A stretch of 48,934 nt of DNA, taken from NCBI GenBank assembly GCA_018652335.1, contig JABICI010000057.1, positions 1-48,934 on the forward strand. Direction: 5' to 3'. Below, piece after piece: positions 19,729-29,160 of the stretch (the stretch's first letter is position 1; each line of letters begins with the position of its first letter). Origin of the DNA: Flavobacteriales bacterium (GTDB lineage Bacteria > Bacteroidota > Bacteroidia > Flavobacteriales > BACL11). Both the position numbers and the translations under genes were made by a program. The notes beneath the pieces were generated by a model. The model made no database searches and had not been told where the DNA came from. It saw only the letters and a program-made list of their open reading frames with translations.

Positions 19729-21042
19729 CTAGCTCATTATTAGTTTGATCATATCTTCATAAACGCCCTTCCAACCTTTCCAAACACCAAAGTTACTAAA
19801 AGTATCATTATGCCAGATTGTAATTAAAGTGCCATTCTCTTTTTTGACTAACTTTACAATATCATTTATCTCTTCTATTGCCTTCTTAGGGTCTAAATTC
19901 AAATTAAATCTAAGAATATCATCAGTAATAGCAAAAGGAAATACCTTTATTGGTAAGGCTTGTTCAATATCTAAATCATAGAAGCTGTATGGGCTAGCAA
20001 TACCTGCTCTAAATCCTAAAGCGGAGCCATAACCCATTGTATAATCCTCATATATCCCTAAAGATAATAATCTATTGTAAGTAGTTGGTAAGGATAATTT
20101 TAAAAAATGTTGCCTACTGAAAAAAACCTCTCGTTTTTGAATATTCTCTAACCTTGAAACTTCTTCTTTAAGAATAGCTACTTTTAAGTTTGAAGCAAAA
20201 GATGGATGAATACCGACTAATGAAAAATCAGCTATTCTCTTAATAAGTGTAGCAACATTACTATTTGTATGAGATAGATTTTTATCATAGTCAGCATAAT
20301 CTCCTAATAAAATAAAATATTTTGTATTTAAGTTATACTTATGATTCAGATTAAATTGTAAAGTATAAGTATCAAAGGGATCTTTTCTTTTATTTAATAA
20401 TACATCAATAAATAATTGAAGATTTTCTACATTTATATTGAAAATAGATTTTACTAAAAATGCTAATGACCTCACAAATCCTTTTCCTTTAATTAAAAAA
20501 GCATTATCGATATCAATTGTTGAGATAAATTTAAATTTTGGCTTTTTAATTTTTAAAGATGAGTTCTTTAATTCTAAATGCCTAATAAAATTATTTATCC
20601 AAATATTAACAATTGGTTTATGTAAAAATCCATTTTTATAGGCAATGCTTTCGGTATGTAAATACCTACCATATTTATCTTTTAAATGAGGCAAATATTC
20701 TTCATAACGACTTATTAAATAGAAAATTGAAGCAAAAATATCATGTAGATAAGCTTTATCATTATTAGACTTAAACAAATACTCAACATCATTAAATTTA
20801 AAAAATCCTAATTCAATCTCTCTAATATCAATCTGAAAAAGTAATTCTGTTGGGAGAACATGAATTTCATCATTTATAATTTTATTTGCAGAATAATTTA
20901 TTTTGGTAGCCTCTGAATTTAAATAATTTTCTCTCTGATCAGTTAACTGATAGTCTATTTGATATATCTCTTGAAATACAATTTTCAATACATACTTTAA
21001 CCTTGATGTAATAGTGGTGGAATAAATTATTAAAGTATCCAT
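19729..21042 (-). CDS. Conserved hypothetical protein, possibly polysaccharide-deacetylase (NodB)-like C-terminal domain
   Basis: 437 aa with no signal peptide. STIDIDNAF (DxD-like), GIHPSF and WHND resemble NodB-type motifs, but the match is weak and from memory only. Confidence 0.45.
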   Translation of the reverse strand: MDTLIIYSTTITSRLKYVLKIVFQEIYQIDYQLTDQRENYLNSEATKINYSANKIINDEIHVLPTELLFQIDIREIELGFFKFNDVEYLFKSNNDKAYLHDIFASIFYLISRYEEYLPHLKDKYGRYLHTESIAYKNGFLHKPIVNIWINNFIRHLELKNSSLKIKKPKFKFISTIDIDNAFLIKGKGFVRSLAFLVKSIFNINVENLQLFIDVLLNKRKDPFDTYTLQFNLNHKYNLNTKYFILLGDYADYDKNLSHTNSNVATLIKRIADFSLVGIHPSFASNLKVAILKEEVSRLENIQKREVFFSRQHFLKLSLPTTYNRLLSLGIYEDYTMGYGSALGFRAGIASPYSFYDLDIEQALPIKVFPFAITDDILRFNLNLDPKKAIEEINDIVKLVKKENGTLITIWHNDTFSNFGVWKGWKGVYEDMIKLIMS

Positions 21043-21046
21043 TTTT

Positions 21047-21054
21047 CAAATATA
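21047..21054 (-). promoter_or_regulatory. Putative -7 promoter box (TATATTTG) abutting the ATG at 21042
   Basis: The minus strand reads TATATTTG-AAAA-ATG. The box shares its first T with the rpsT terminator T-run. Confidence 0.4.
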
Positions 21055-21083
21055 AAAAAAGGCTAATCAAAAGATTAGCCTTT
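21054..21083 (-). terminator. Rho-independent terminator of rpsT
   Basis: The minus strand reads AAAGGCTAATC-TTTT-GATTAGCCTTT followed by a T-run, 22 nt downstream of the rpsT stop. Confidence 0.75.
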
Positions 21084-21104
21084 ACCAAAATTATTTACTA
21101 CTTT

Positions 21105-21359
21105 CTATGATAGAGCATTTACATGCTTAGTTAACTTTGATTTTAAGTTAGACGCCTTATTTTTATGAATAATATTGGTCTTTGTTAATTTATCTAGCAT
21201 TGCTGATACTTTGGGTAATAAAGCAGTAGCTTCTTTTTTATCTGAAGTTGCCTTTAAATCCCTAACAGCATTTCTAGCAGTTTTGTGCTTATATTTATTA
21301 AGAGCAGTTTTTGTCTTAGTTTGTTTAATTCTTTTTAATGCTGACTTATGATTTGCCAT
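21105..21359 (-). CDS. rpsT: 30S ribosomal protein S20
   Basis: 84 aa and very basic. N-terminal [13 protein letters not shown] is typical of S20. Confidence 0.95.
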   Translation of the reverse strand: MANHKSALKRIKQTKTKTALNKYKHKTARNAVRDLKATSDKKEATALLPKVSAMLDKLTKTNIIHKNKASNLKSKLTKHVNALS

Positions 21360-21378
21360 ATTTTTTTATTTTTTTAAG

Positions 21379-21450
21379 TAGCCCGACGGGGAATCGAACC
21401 CCGGTTACATGGATGAAAACCATGCGTCCTAACCACTAGACGACCGGGCC
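21379..21450 (-). tRNA. tRNA-Glu (anticodon UUC)
   Basis: The reverse complement is GGCCCGGTCGTCTAGTGGTTAGGACGCATGGTTTTCATCCATGTAACCGGGGTTCGATTCCCCGTCGGGCTA. It folds into a cloverleaf with a 7-bp acceptor stem, a GTCT/GGAC D-stem, a T-T-TTC-A-T anticodon loop and a GGTTCGATTCC T-arm. CCA is not encoded. Confidence 0.9.
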
Positions 21451-21474
21451 TCAGTGTTCTCAAAATCGAGGATG

Positions 21475-21482
21475 CAAATTTA
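21475..21482 (-). promoter_or_regulatory. Putative -7 promoter box (TAAATTTG) for tRNA-Glu
   Basis: TAnnTTTG on the minus strand, about 25 nt upstream of the tRNA 5' end. Confidence 0.4.
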
Positions 21483-21508
21483 TACTTTTTTTTAATCTCA
21501 CAAAGAAA

Positions 21509-22183
21509 TTAGTTAATATTTGTTTCATGTGACAATTTGTAGCCCATTTTCTTTGAAGTTTTAATCAAATGTTTGTTGTTTACATCTAATATTTGATTAA
21601 CCGAAACAACTTTTACATCGTTAATGTCAGGAGTTATCAAATCAAAATCTAAAGAATACTTCATTACAACATTAACTATATCTTGTAATCTCTCTTTATT
21701 TAACTTTTCCTTAAAAATATTCTTAAATACAGATGTTATCTTACTATCACCTTCAACAAAATAATGAGTATCCTTATTAATAAATAGTCTTGCAATTAAT
21801 AAGCCAGTATCATTTAATCTATTGTATTTTAAAGAATCAGAAAGAAAATTATAAATATTAATTACCCCACAGAATGAACGAGAATTATTTTCCTTGACGT
21901 AAGTAGTTTGATGGACCTGATGTGCTTGATCAAAATTAAAAATGTTGGAATGCATATTAAAAAGCAAGGTATCTCCTGAAAACTTTAATTTAGCATCAAA
22001 ATCTCCTGACTCTTCATAGCTTACTGAAACGTTCTTATCAGTAATTCCATCGTCCAGTTTAATTGCTTTTTCCTTTAGTATCTCCTGCAAATCAGCAAAG
22101 ATATCTTTAGTTATCTTAAAAATTTCTTGCTTTAATGACGATTTCTTATTTAATAAGTCAAGTATTTCTTTTTCAGATTCCAT
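21509..22183 (-). CDS. Hypothetical cytoplasmic protein, translationally coupled to proS
   Basis: 224 aa with no signal peptide or TM helix and no motif I recognise. Its ATG overlaps the proS TAA (TAATG). Confidence 0.55.
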   Translation of the reverse strand: MESEKEILDLLNKKSSLKQEIFKITKDIFADLQEILKEKAIKLDDGITDKNVSVSYEESGDFDAKLKFSGDTLLFNMHSNIFNFDQAHQVHQTTYVKENNSRSFCGVINIYNFLSDSLKYNRLNDTGLLIARLFINKDTHYFVEGDSKITSVFKNIFKEKLNKERLQDIVNVVMKYSLDFDLITPDINDVKVVSVNQILDVNNKHLIKTSKKMGYKLSHETNIN

Positions 22184-23655
22184 TAATAATTTTTTGCAAA
22201 CAACACTCGTTTTTCTGATGGTTTACCGCTAAACAAGCACTCACCTGTCTCATTCTTTGAATCAATAGGAATACATCGAATTGTAGCTTTTGTCTCTTTT
22301 TTAATCAAATTTTCTGTTTCTGCAGTTCCATCCCAATGAGCATAAACAAATCCTCCGTCATTAATTTTTTTTATAAATTGATTTTTCGTGTTAACATAAT
22401 AAGATTTGTTATTTCTAAAACTAGAAGCTTTTTCAAATAAATTATCTTGTATCTGATCAAGTGTAGATATAACTTTATCTTCAATGCCCTTAACTGAGCA
22501 AATCTCTTTCTCAAGTGTATCTCTTCTAGCTAACTCTACAGTTCCATTTTCTAAATCACGCATTCCAAGTGCAATTCTTACAGGAACACCTTTTAATTCG
22601 TATTCTGCAAACTTCCAACCTGGCTTGTGAGTATCTCTATTATCAAATTTTACTGAAACACCTCTTTCTTCAAGAGAATTTTTAAGGTTATTAGCTTTCT
22701 TTGAAACTTTCTCTAATTGCTCATCTCCCTTATAAATAGGTACTATTACAACTTGAAATGGTGCCAATTTTGGAGGTAAAACTAAGCCATTATCATCAGA
22801 GTGCGTCATAATCAAAGCACCCATTAAGCGCGTTGAAACACCCCAAGATGTTGCCCAGACATATTCTTGTTTACCTTCTTTAGTAGCAAATTTCACATCA
22901 AATGCTTTTGCAAAATTTTGTCCTAAGAAATGAGATGTTCCAGCTTGTAATGCTTTTCCATCTTGCATTAACGCCTCAATAGTATAAGTCTCTTCAGCAC
23001 CAGCAAAACGTTCATTCTGTGATTTAGTACCTACTACAACTGGCATTGCCATGAAATTTTCAGAAAACTGAGCATAAATATTTATCATTTGTTCTGTCTC
23101 GCCAATAGCCTCCTTTCTTGTAGCGTGAGCAGTATGACCTTCTTGCCAAAGAAATTCAGCTGTTCTTAGAAAGAGACGTGTTCTCATTTCCCATCTTACT
23201 ACATTAGCCCATTGATTTACTAAAATAGGCAAATCTCTATAAGATTGTATCCATTTCCTATAAGTATCCCAAATGATTGTTTCTGATGTAGGTCTAACTA
23301 TAAGTTCTTCTTCTAATTTAGCATCAGGATCAACAACTACACTTTTACCATCTTCAGAATTCTTTAATCTATAGTGAGTAACTACTGCGCATTCTTTTGC
23401 AAAACCTTCAACGTGAGCTGCTTCTTTGCTTAAATAAGATTTTGGAATAAAAATAGGGAAATAAGCATTCTCATGCCCAGTCATTTTAAACATTCTATCC
23501 AGCTCAGCCTGCATCTTTTCCCAAATTGCATATCCATATGGTTTTATAACCATACAACCTCGTACTCCGGAGTTCTCTGCAAGATCTGCTCCATGAACAA
23601 TTTCATTGTACCACTGAGAATAATCTTGTGCTCTTGATGTTAATTTTTTCCCCAT
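22183..23655 (-). CDS. proS: Proline--tRNA ligase (archaeal/eukaryote-like short type)
   Basis: Class II aaRS motifs ([23 protein letters not shown]), anticodon-binding domain, and a C-terminal domain ending ...VLFAKNY. It lacks the bacterial INS editing insertion. Confidence 0.95.
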   Translation of the reverse strand: MGKKLTSRAQDYSQWYNEIVHGADLAENSGVRGCMVIKPYGYAIWEKMQAELDRMFKMTGHENAYFPIFIPKSYLSKEAAHVEGFAKECAVVTHYRLKNSEDGKSVVVDPDAKLEEELIVRPTSETIIWDTYRKWIQSYRDLPILVNQWANVVRWEMRTRLFLRTAEFLWQEGHTAHATRKEAIGETEQMINIYAQFSENFMAMPVVVGTKSQNERFAGAEETYTIEALMQDGKALQAGTSHFLGQNFAKAFDVKFATKEGKQEYVWATSWGVSTRLMGALIMTHSDDNGLVLPPKLAPFQVVIVPIYKGDEQLEKVSKKANNLKNSLEERGVSVKFDNRDTHKPGWKFAEYELKGVPVRIALGMRDLENGTVELARRDTLEKEICSVKGIEDKVISTLDQIQDNLFEKASSFRNNKSYYVNTKNQFIKKINDGGFVYAHWDGTAETENLIKKETKATIRCIPIDSKNETGECLFSGKPSEKRVLFAKNY

Positions 23656-23764
23656 TTTAATTTAAAAATGTAATTTTGTGTAATTATTTTCGTTTTAAAT
23701 ACATCTACAAAAATAATAAATTAAATGAGCAAAAGTTTATGAGTTTTAAACAAAAAAAATAACT

Positions 23765-24634
23765 ATGAAACCTTTATTTCTTCCACTTTTCCTAATTCTC
23801 TTATTATCTTCTTGTTTTACTACCAACAATCAATATCATTACAGTGATCCTAACTACTTAAGTAATAGTGATTTTAGCTCTTATGAAGAACTAACTAAAA
23901 ATACCGAATTAGAAGAAAAAATATATACATCAGACACGATTAGCGATTATTACTTGGCAAATGATTATTATGACTATAGCTATTCATCAAGAATTAGAAG
24001 ATTTCACAGACCTTTGTTTAACAGCGGATACTTTGGTAGCATGTATACTGATTACTATTGGTATAATAATGATCCCTTTTATTGCGGGACAAGCATTTAC
24101 TATGGATACAATTGGCAATCTCCGTATTATTCATATTACAGCTACTCCCCTTTTTATTATAATCATTATTCACCTTACTATTACGGAAATTATTTTACAG
24201 CAAGCCAATATGGACATTATCAATATTTGAACACAAATTATAACTCTGATAATTACGACTCATATTTATCAGGGAACCGAGGGAATCTAACTTCTAATAC
24301 AAGTGTTAGAACAATAACAAATAATAGCAATTACATAACAAATAATATTAAAAAGAACTCAACTATAAATATAAGAAGTACTTCTCAAAAAAATTCAGAG
24401 ATTAGAATTAATACAAATAAAACTCCCGTTGTTAAAAGTAACAATAATTTAAATAATTCATCATTTAAAGACAAATTTCAAAAGAATATTAAAACAACTA
24501 ATCATCGTTCCAATAATGTTTCAAAAAACAAGAGTACAAATAATAGAACCTACAAATCAAACAATAACAGAACGAAAACTAATTCTAATAAACCTTCTAG
24601 AAACAACAGAAGAAATATAAACCCAAGAAGATAA
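23765..24634 (+). CDS. Tyr/Asn-rich lipoprotein with a highly basic low-complexity tail (function unknown)
   Basis: Signal peptide with lipobox LLSSC. The central ~100 aa are dominated by Tyr (YYSYYSYSPFYYNHYSPYYYGNYF) and include SRIRRFHRP. The C-terminal ~120 aa are N/S/T/K/R-rich with almost no acidic residues. Confidence 0.6.
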   Translation: MKPLFLPLFLILLLSSCFTTNNQYHYSDPNYLSNSDFSSYEELTKNTELEEKIYTSDTISDYYLANDYYDYSYSSRIRRFHRPLFNSGYFGSMYTDYYWYNNDPFYCGTSIYYGYNWQSPYYSYYSYSPFYYNHYSPYYYGNYFTASQYGHYQYLNTNYNSDNYDSYLSGNRGNLTSNTSVRTITNNSNYITNNIKKNSTINIRSTSQKNSEIRINTNKTPVVKSNNNLNNSSFKDKFQKNIKTTNHRSNNVSKNKSTNNRTYKSNNNRTKTNSNKPSRNNRRNINPRR

Positions 24635-26080
24635 ATGAAAAAAATATTTATAATAATTATATTCGCCTCAATAGCGATAATATCAAATGCACAAAATGAA
24701 ATTGATGCACTTAGATACTCAACACAAAACCATCTCGGTACTGCAAGACATGCAGCAATGGCAGGTGCATTTGGATCTCTAGGCGGAGAGTTCTCTGCTC
24801 TTAGTTCAAACCCAGCTGGAATCGGAATGTATCAAATTTCAGAGTTCACCTTTACGCCTTCATTAAGTTTAAATACAACTAAATCATACTACAACCAAAA
24901 TAATCTACTTGCTTATAAATCACAATTTTCAGTTGAAAATATCGGAATAGTTTTTTCGGTTCCTAAAAATAAATCTGATTGGAGAAGAGTGAATTTTGGG
25001 TTAGGATGGAATAAATTAGCTGAATACAACAGTAATATTAATATCGAAGGTATAAATAATAGTAATTCAATTGTTGATAAAATCATAGATCTAACAAATG
25101 GGACACTAACTGGTGAATTAACTAATGGTAATGGAAATGCCTATTCACAAATGGCATGGAATACTTACCTTATTGACCCAGTATTTGACTCAAATAACAA
25201 TCTAATTGACGGCGAATATTCATCAAATTTTTCATTAAACCCAAAACACCAACAAAAGAAAATAAGAAGTTCTGGAAGTTTAAATGAATTTATTCTTTCT
25301 ATTGGAGGATCGTATAAAGAAAAATTATATATTGGAGCTACAATTGGAATACCAACACTAGATTACTATGAATATTCTGAATATTCTGAAGAAGAACTTT
25401 CTGACACTTCAAATAACTTAAGGAGAATGGTTCTTAACGAAGAAATAAGTACATATGGAACTGGCTATAATTTAAAAATTGGTGCAATTTACAGATTAGC
25501 AGAAAACATCAAAATAGGTGGATCAATTCATACACCAACTTATTTTAGTATCGAGGAAGACTACAACACATCATTAATGACATTTTTTAAAGATAGTACA
25601 CTTGATTACTCTATGGGCTACTTTAATCCATTTAAATTTAACTTAATTACACCATTAAAAGCTTCACTGAGCGCATCTACTATTATCAATAAAAATATTA
25701 TTTTCTCAGCAGAATATGAAGTCATTGATTATTCAAAAAATGAGTACTTTACTAATGGTTTTGAAGAAGAAAATGAAATTATTAAAAACATCTATCAAAA
25801 TACTGAAAATATAAAAATAGGTGCTGAAATAACACTTAATCCATTTGTCTTTAGAGCAGGATATGCAAACTTCGGTAGTGCATTAAAAGATACTGATTTT
25901 TCTAGAGAAAACTTTAGTTATGGGATGGGACTTAACTATGGTAGCTATTTTTTTGATATAGCTTATGTGCTATCTAAAGAAGAAAATCAACATCAATTAT
26001 ATAGTGATGATTTGATTGACCCAATAAAAATAATAAGTACGAATCATAACATATTGTTTTCGTTAGGCTTTAGGTACTAG
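24635..26080 (+). CDS. FadL/PorV-superfamily outer-membrane beta-barrel protein
   Basis: Signal peptide ending AQ. N-terminal ...GTARHAAMAGAFGSLGGEFSALSSNPAGIG matches the FadL/OmpP1-type plug region. The terminal FSLGFRY is aromatic. The ATG directly follows the upstream TAA. Confidence 0.65.
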   Translation: MKKIFIIIIFASIAIISNAQNEIDALRYSTQNHLGTARHAAMAGAFGSLGGEFSALSSNPAGIGMYQISEFTFTPSLSLNTTKSYYNQNNLLAYKSQFSVENIGIVFSVPKNKSDWRRVNFGLGWNKLAEYNSNINIEGINNSNSIVDKIIDLTNGTLTGELTNGNGNAYSQMAWNTYLIDPVFDSNNNLIDGEYSSNFSLNPKHQQKKIRSSGSLNEFILSIGGSYKEKLYIGATIGIPTLDYYEYSEYSEEELSDTSNNLRRMVLNEEISTYGTGYNLKIGAIYRLAENIKIGGSIHTPTYFSIEEDYNTSLMTFFKDSTLDYSMGYFNPFKFNLITPLKASLSASTIINKNIIFSAEYEVIDYSKNEYFTNGFEEENEIIKNIYQNTENIKIGAEITLNPFVFRAGYANFGSALKDTDFSRENFSYGMGLNYGSYFFDIAYVLSKEENQHQLYSDDLIDPIKIISTNHNILFSLGFRY

Positions 26081-27550
26081 CTAATTTGAAATCCTATTTA
26101 ATCCAGCTTTTGCTTTTTGATGAATTCCTCTTTGATAATCAAATCCTGACATTGAGATGCAACTATTAAAATAATATCTAGCTTTACTAAAATTATTTTG
26201 ATCTTCATAAATCAAAGCAATTTGAAGAGCTGACATAGGAGCATAGTACTTCTTGGAATTAACTCCTTTTTCTAAAGACATATTATATGAATCAAAAATA
26301 TCTTTTTGATCATAACTTAATTTTGAATAGATTCTGGCTAATCTGTACCAGTATTCAGCTTGCATTTCGGAAGATGAAAGATTTAATAACTTCACAAATT
26401 GCTTTATTTCAGAAAGGGATTGATAATAATAACCTCCATCATAAAGTAATCGAGATTTTATAAGTAACGGATGACTTAGTTTATTTTCTTGTGCATCCTT
26501 AAATGACACTTTATCCTCTTCTATAAAAAGGGTTCCTTTAGCAACAACATTATTTAAATTAGTAGAAGTTTCCTCTTGATTATTCTGTAAAAATGATATT
26601 AAGGCTAGTTTATGATAGGCTGACTTTATATAGTTCTTCCCCTTATAATTAGTTAAAAAATATCTGAATTTTTTCTTAGCACTATTTAAATCTAACTTAT
26701 ACAAGTAAGCCATGGCTTGCAAATAATCTAGATAATAAAAATTAAGCATACTTAAACTACTTGGTCTATCAGACAATATCTTTATGCACTTATCATTATG
26801 ACCTAAAGTATAAGACAACCTGGCTGCAGTAAAGTTTAATAATATATTTTTTTTATATCTGTCACCTATCATATGTAAATACATAATATATGCAGATTTA
26901 TCTAAATTCATTCTTATAAATGATATAATAAATAATATCTCGTTTTCATACATCAATAAATTAGTATCATTAAGTACTAAGTCTAACTCTTGTATCCCTA
27001 AAGCTATATCACCATTTAGATTAGTTATGTTTAATATCCATGAGAATTCATCAGGAATTGCACCTAAAAGTGTATGTAGTAAACCAAGACCTTTATTATT
27101 TAAATTAAACTCTGGAAACAAAATTTTATTTTCCTCCAGCATTCTATACGCACTTAACATCTCAAGTGATGCCTTAGCATATTGCCCAAACTTCAATCTA
27201 GCAAAAGCCCACTGCAAGTTAATTTCAGCTTTAGAATATAGAAAATATGGAGATAAATTATCATTATTATTAACAATAGAAGCTAATCTTTCTGACTTAT
27301 AATTTTTATGAGAATTAAAATAATTAATATCCTCATTTATTATTATAGTTAAAAAGTCAATATAATTTTCGTGTAATAAAATAAATCCATTTTCTGGATT
27401 AATCCTCCTTTCTTGTTCTAATATATTTTTAGCAATATCAAACTCTAAATCAATAATGCTTGAGTATGAACGTTCTATATTACTATTTAAGTCAAATGAG
27501 GCAAAACTAATTTGACTATACATTAGAAATAAAAATATGATTTTTTTCAT
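26081..27550 (-). CDS. Secreted helical-repeat (TPR-like) protein, function unknown
   Basis: Signal peptide MKKIIFLFLMYSQISFASF. The predicted all-helical sequence has repeated A/Y/L spacing reminiscent of TPR units (e.g. AEYWYRLARIYSKL, ALQIALIYEDQNNFSKARYYF). Confidence 0.45.
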   Translation of the reverse strand: MKKIIFLFLMYSQISFASFDLNSNIERSYSSIIDLEFDIAKNILEQERRINPENGFILLHENYIDFLTIIINEDINYFNSHKNYKSERLASIVNNNDNLSPYFLYSKAEINLQWAFARLKFGQYAKASLEMLSAYRMLEENKILFPEFNLNNKGLGLLHTLLGAIPDEFSWILNITNLNGDIALGIQELDLVLNDTNLLMYENEILFIISFIRMNLDKSAYIMYLHMIGDRYKKNILLNFTAARLSYTLGHNDKCIKILSDRPSSLSMLNFYYLDYLQAMAYLYKLDLNSAKKKFRYFLTNYKGKNYIKSAYHKLALISFLQNNQEETSTNLNNVVAKGTLFIEEDKVSFKDAQENKLSHPLLIKSRLLYDGGYYYQSLSEIKQFVKLLNLSSSEMQAEYWYRLARIYSKLSYDQKDIFDSYNMSLEKGVNSKKYYAPMSALQIALIYEDQNNFSKARYYFNSCISMSGFDYQRGIHQKAKAGLNRISN

Positions 27551-27556
27551 ATTATC

Positions 27557-27589
27557 AAAAAAGGGATTCCATTAGCTGAAATCCCTTTT
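27557..27589 (-). terminator. Hairpin plus T-run between the zinc-ribbon gene and the helical-repeat gene
   Basis: The minus strand reads AAAAGGGATT-TCAGCTAATGG-AATCCCTTTTTT. The 11-nt loop is long for a canonical terminator. The next ATG lies only about 6 nt beyond the T-run. Confidence 0.45.
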
Positions 27590-27607
27590 ACAAAACATTT
27601 TTAAATT

Positions 27608-28372
27608 TTATTTTTCTTGTTCTTCTAAAATACCAACATCAACCATTACCCTACCGCAATGTTCACAGACAGTTACTTTTTTGTGCATTTGAATATCTAA
27701 ATGTCTTTGCGGTGGGATTTGACTAAAACACCCTCCACAAGCACCCCTTTCAACTGAAACTACTGCTAAACCATTCTTAACCTTGTTTCTAATTCTGTTG
27801 TACCCAACTAATAAGCGCTCATCAATTATTTTAGACGCTTTAGAAGAATCATTCATTAGTTGCTTCTCTTCCTTGTCAGTTTCTGCAACAATTTCATCAA
27901 GCTCGGTAGTTTTTAAAGTTAGTTCAGCCTGCCTTTCCTCAATCTGCTCTTTACAAGCACTAATTATTTCATTTTTATGAATAATATTTGCTTCGTTCTG
28001 AGCTTTTTTCTTTTCAGCAATCTGAACCTCAAGTTTTTGGTATTCAACCTCTTTTGTCAAAGAAGTAAATTCCCTATTATTTTTAATGTTTTTTAGTTGT
28101 TCTTCATACTTCTCAATCGCATCATTAGCTAAAGAAATGGTGTTGCTATTAGCTGTAATATTCTCATTAATTGATGTTAATTCAGCTTCTAATTTTTCAA
28201 GCCTAGTATTTAATCCTTCAACTAAATCTGCTAAATCCTCAATCTCTAATGGAAGTTCACCACGTATAATTCTTATTTTATCAACCTTAGTATCAATAAT
28301 TTGAAGTTGGTATAACGCTTTTAATTGTTCTTCTACGGATGAAGCTACAGTTTTTTTTGTTTTTTTAGCCAT
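27608..28372 (-). CDS. Coiled-coil / C4 zinc-ribbon protein (COG1579 family)
   Basis: Long heptad-rich region followed by CGGC...17 aa...CEHCGR. It sits in the conserved pairing downstream of the Nif3-family gene, with a TAATG overlap. Confidence 0.8.
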   Translation of the reverse strand: MAKKTKKTVASSVEEQLKALYQLQIIDTKVDKIRIIRGELPLEIEDLADLVEGLNTRLEKLEAELTSINENITANSNTISLANDAIEKYEEQLKNIKNNREFTSLTKEVEYQKLEVQIAEKKKAQNEANIIHKNEIISACKEQIEERQAELTLKTTELDEIVAETDKEEKQLMNDSSKASKIIDERLLVGYNRIRNKVKNGLAVVSVERGACGGCFSQIPPQRHLDIQMHKKVTVCEHCGRVMVDVGILEEQEK

Positions 28373-29160
28373 TATAGGTAATTTATTGGATTAGTGTTAA
28401 CTTTTGATAATCGGACGGCAAATTTAGTAAAATTTTTGGTTAGCAAATCATAAATTAATTCCTTTGTGAATTGCTCACTCTCAAAGTGTCCAATATCTGC
28501 AATTATTATATCATCATCAGCATCAAAAAACTCATGATATTTGAAATCAGAAGAGATGTAAATATCTGCATTTAATTCTTTAGCATTTGACAAAAAGGCA
28601 CTTCCACTTCCACCACAAACAGCAACATTTTTTATTTCATTTTTTGTTAAATTAGTATGTCTAATACAACTAGTTTTCATAATGGACTTAAGACTTATTA
28701 AAAAATCTTTAGCATTTACAGTACTACCAAGACTTCCAATAATACCATATCCAAAATTTAAATTTGGAGATAAATTCTTTTGACATAATACTTTTGTATC
28801 ACGCAGTCCTAACCTTTTTGAAATAGTAGAACTTACTCCATTCTCAATACAATCAAGATTCGTATGTATTGCATAAATAGCAATATCATTTTTGAGCGCT
28901 TTAATTATAGTTCTTTGAATATAATCATTACCATTTAACTTCTTAATTGGATTAAAAATAATTGGATGATGTGCAATGATAAGATTACAACCATTTTGAA
29001 TTGCTTCATCAACAACTAATTCAGTGCAATCAATTGTTATAAGTGCTGCATCTACTAATAGATTATGACTTCCAATTATTAAACCACTATTATCATATTC
29101 CTCTTGCAATGAAAGTGGTGCAATCTTTTCTAAAAAACTAGTAATCTCTGTTAACTTCAT
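28372..29160 (-). CDS. Nif3-family dinuclear metal-centre protein (GTP cyclohydrolase 1 type 2 homologue)
   Basis: N-terminal MKLTEITSFLEKIAPLSLQEEYDNSGL, plus HHP and GHFESE motifs. I prefer the ATG at 29160 to the tracked TTG at 29175. Confidence 0.85.
   Translation of the reverse strand: MKLTEITSFLEKIAPLSLQEEYDNSGLIIGSHNLLVDAALITIDCTELVVDEAIQNGCNLIIAHHPIIFNPIKKLNGNDYIQRTIIKALKNDIAIYAIHTNLDCIENGVSSTISKRLGLRDTKVLCQKNLSPNLNFGYGIIGSLGSTVNAKDFLISLKSIMKTSCIRHTNLTKNEIKNVAVCGGSGSAFLSNAKELNADIYISSDFKYHEFFDADDDIIIADIGHFESEQFTKELIYDLLTKNFTKFAVRLSKVNTNPINYL

Noticed and set aside
23961-24230. An 89-aa alternate-frame ORF inside the Tyr-rich lipoprotein gene.
   Set aside because: It is in a +1 frame of a compositionally biased (TAT/TAC/AAT-rich) region and has no start context. 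The main frame has a lipoprotein signal peptide and continues for 289 aa.
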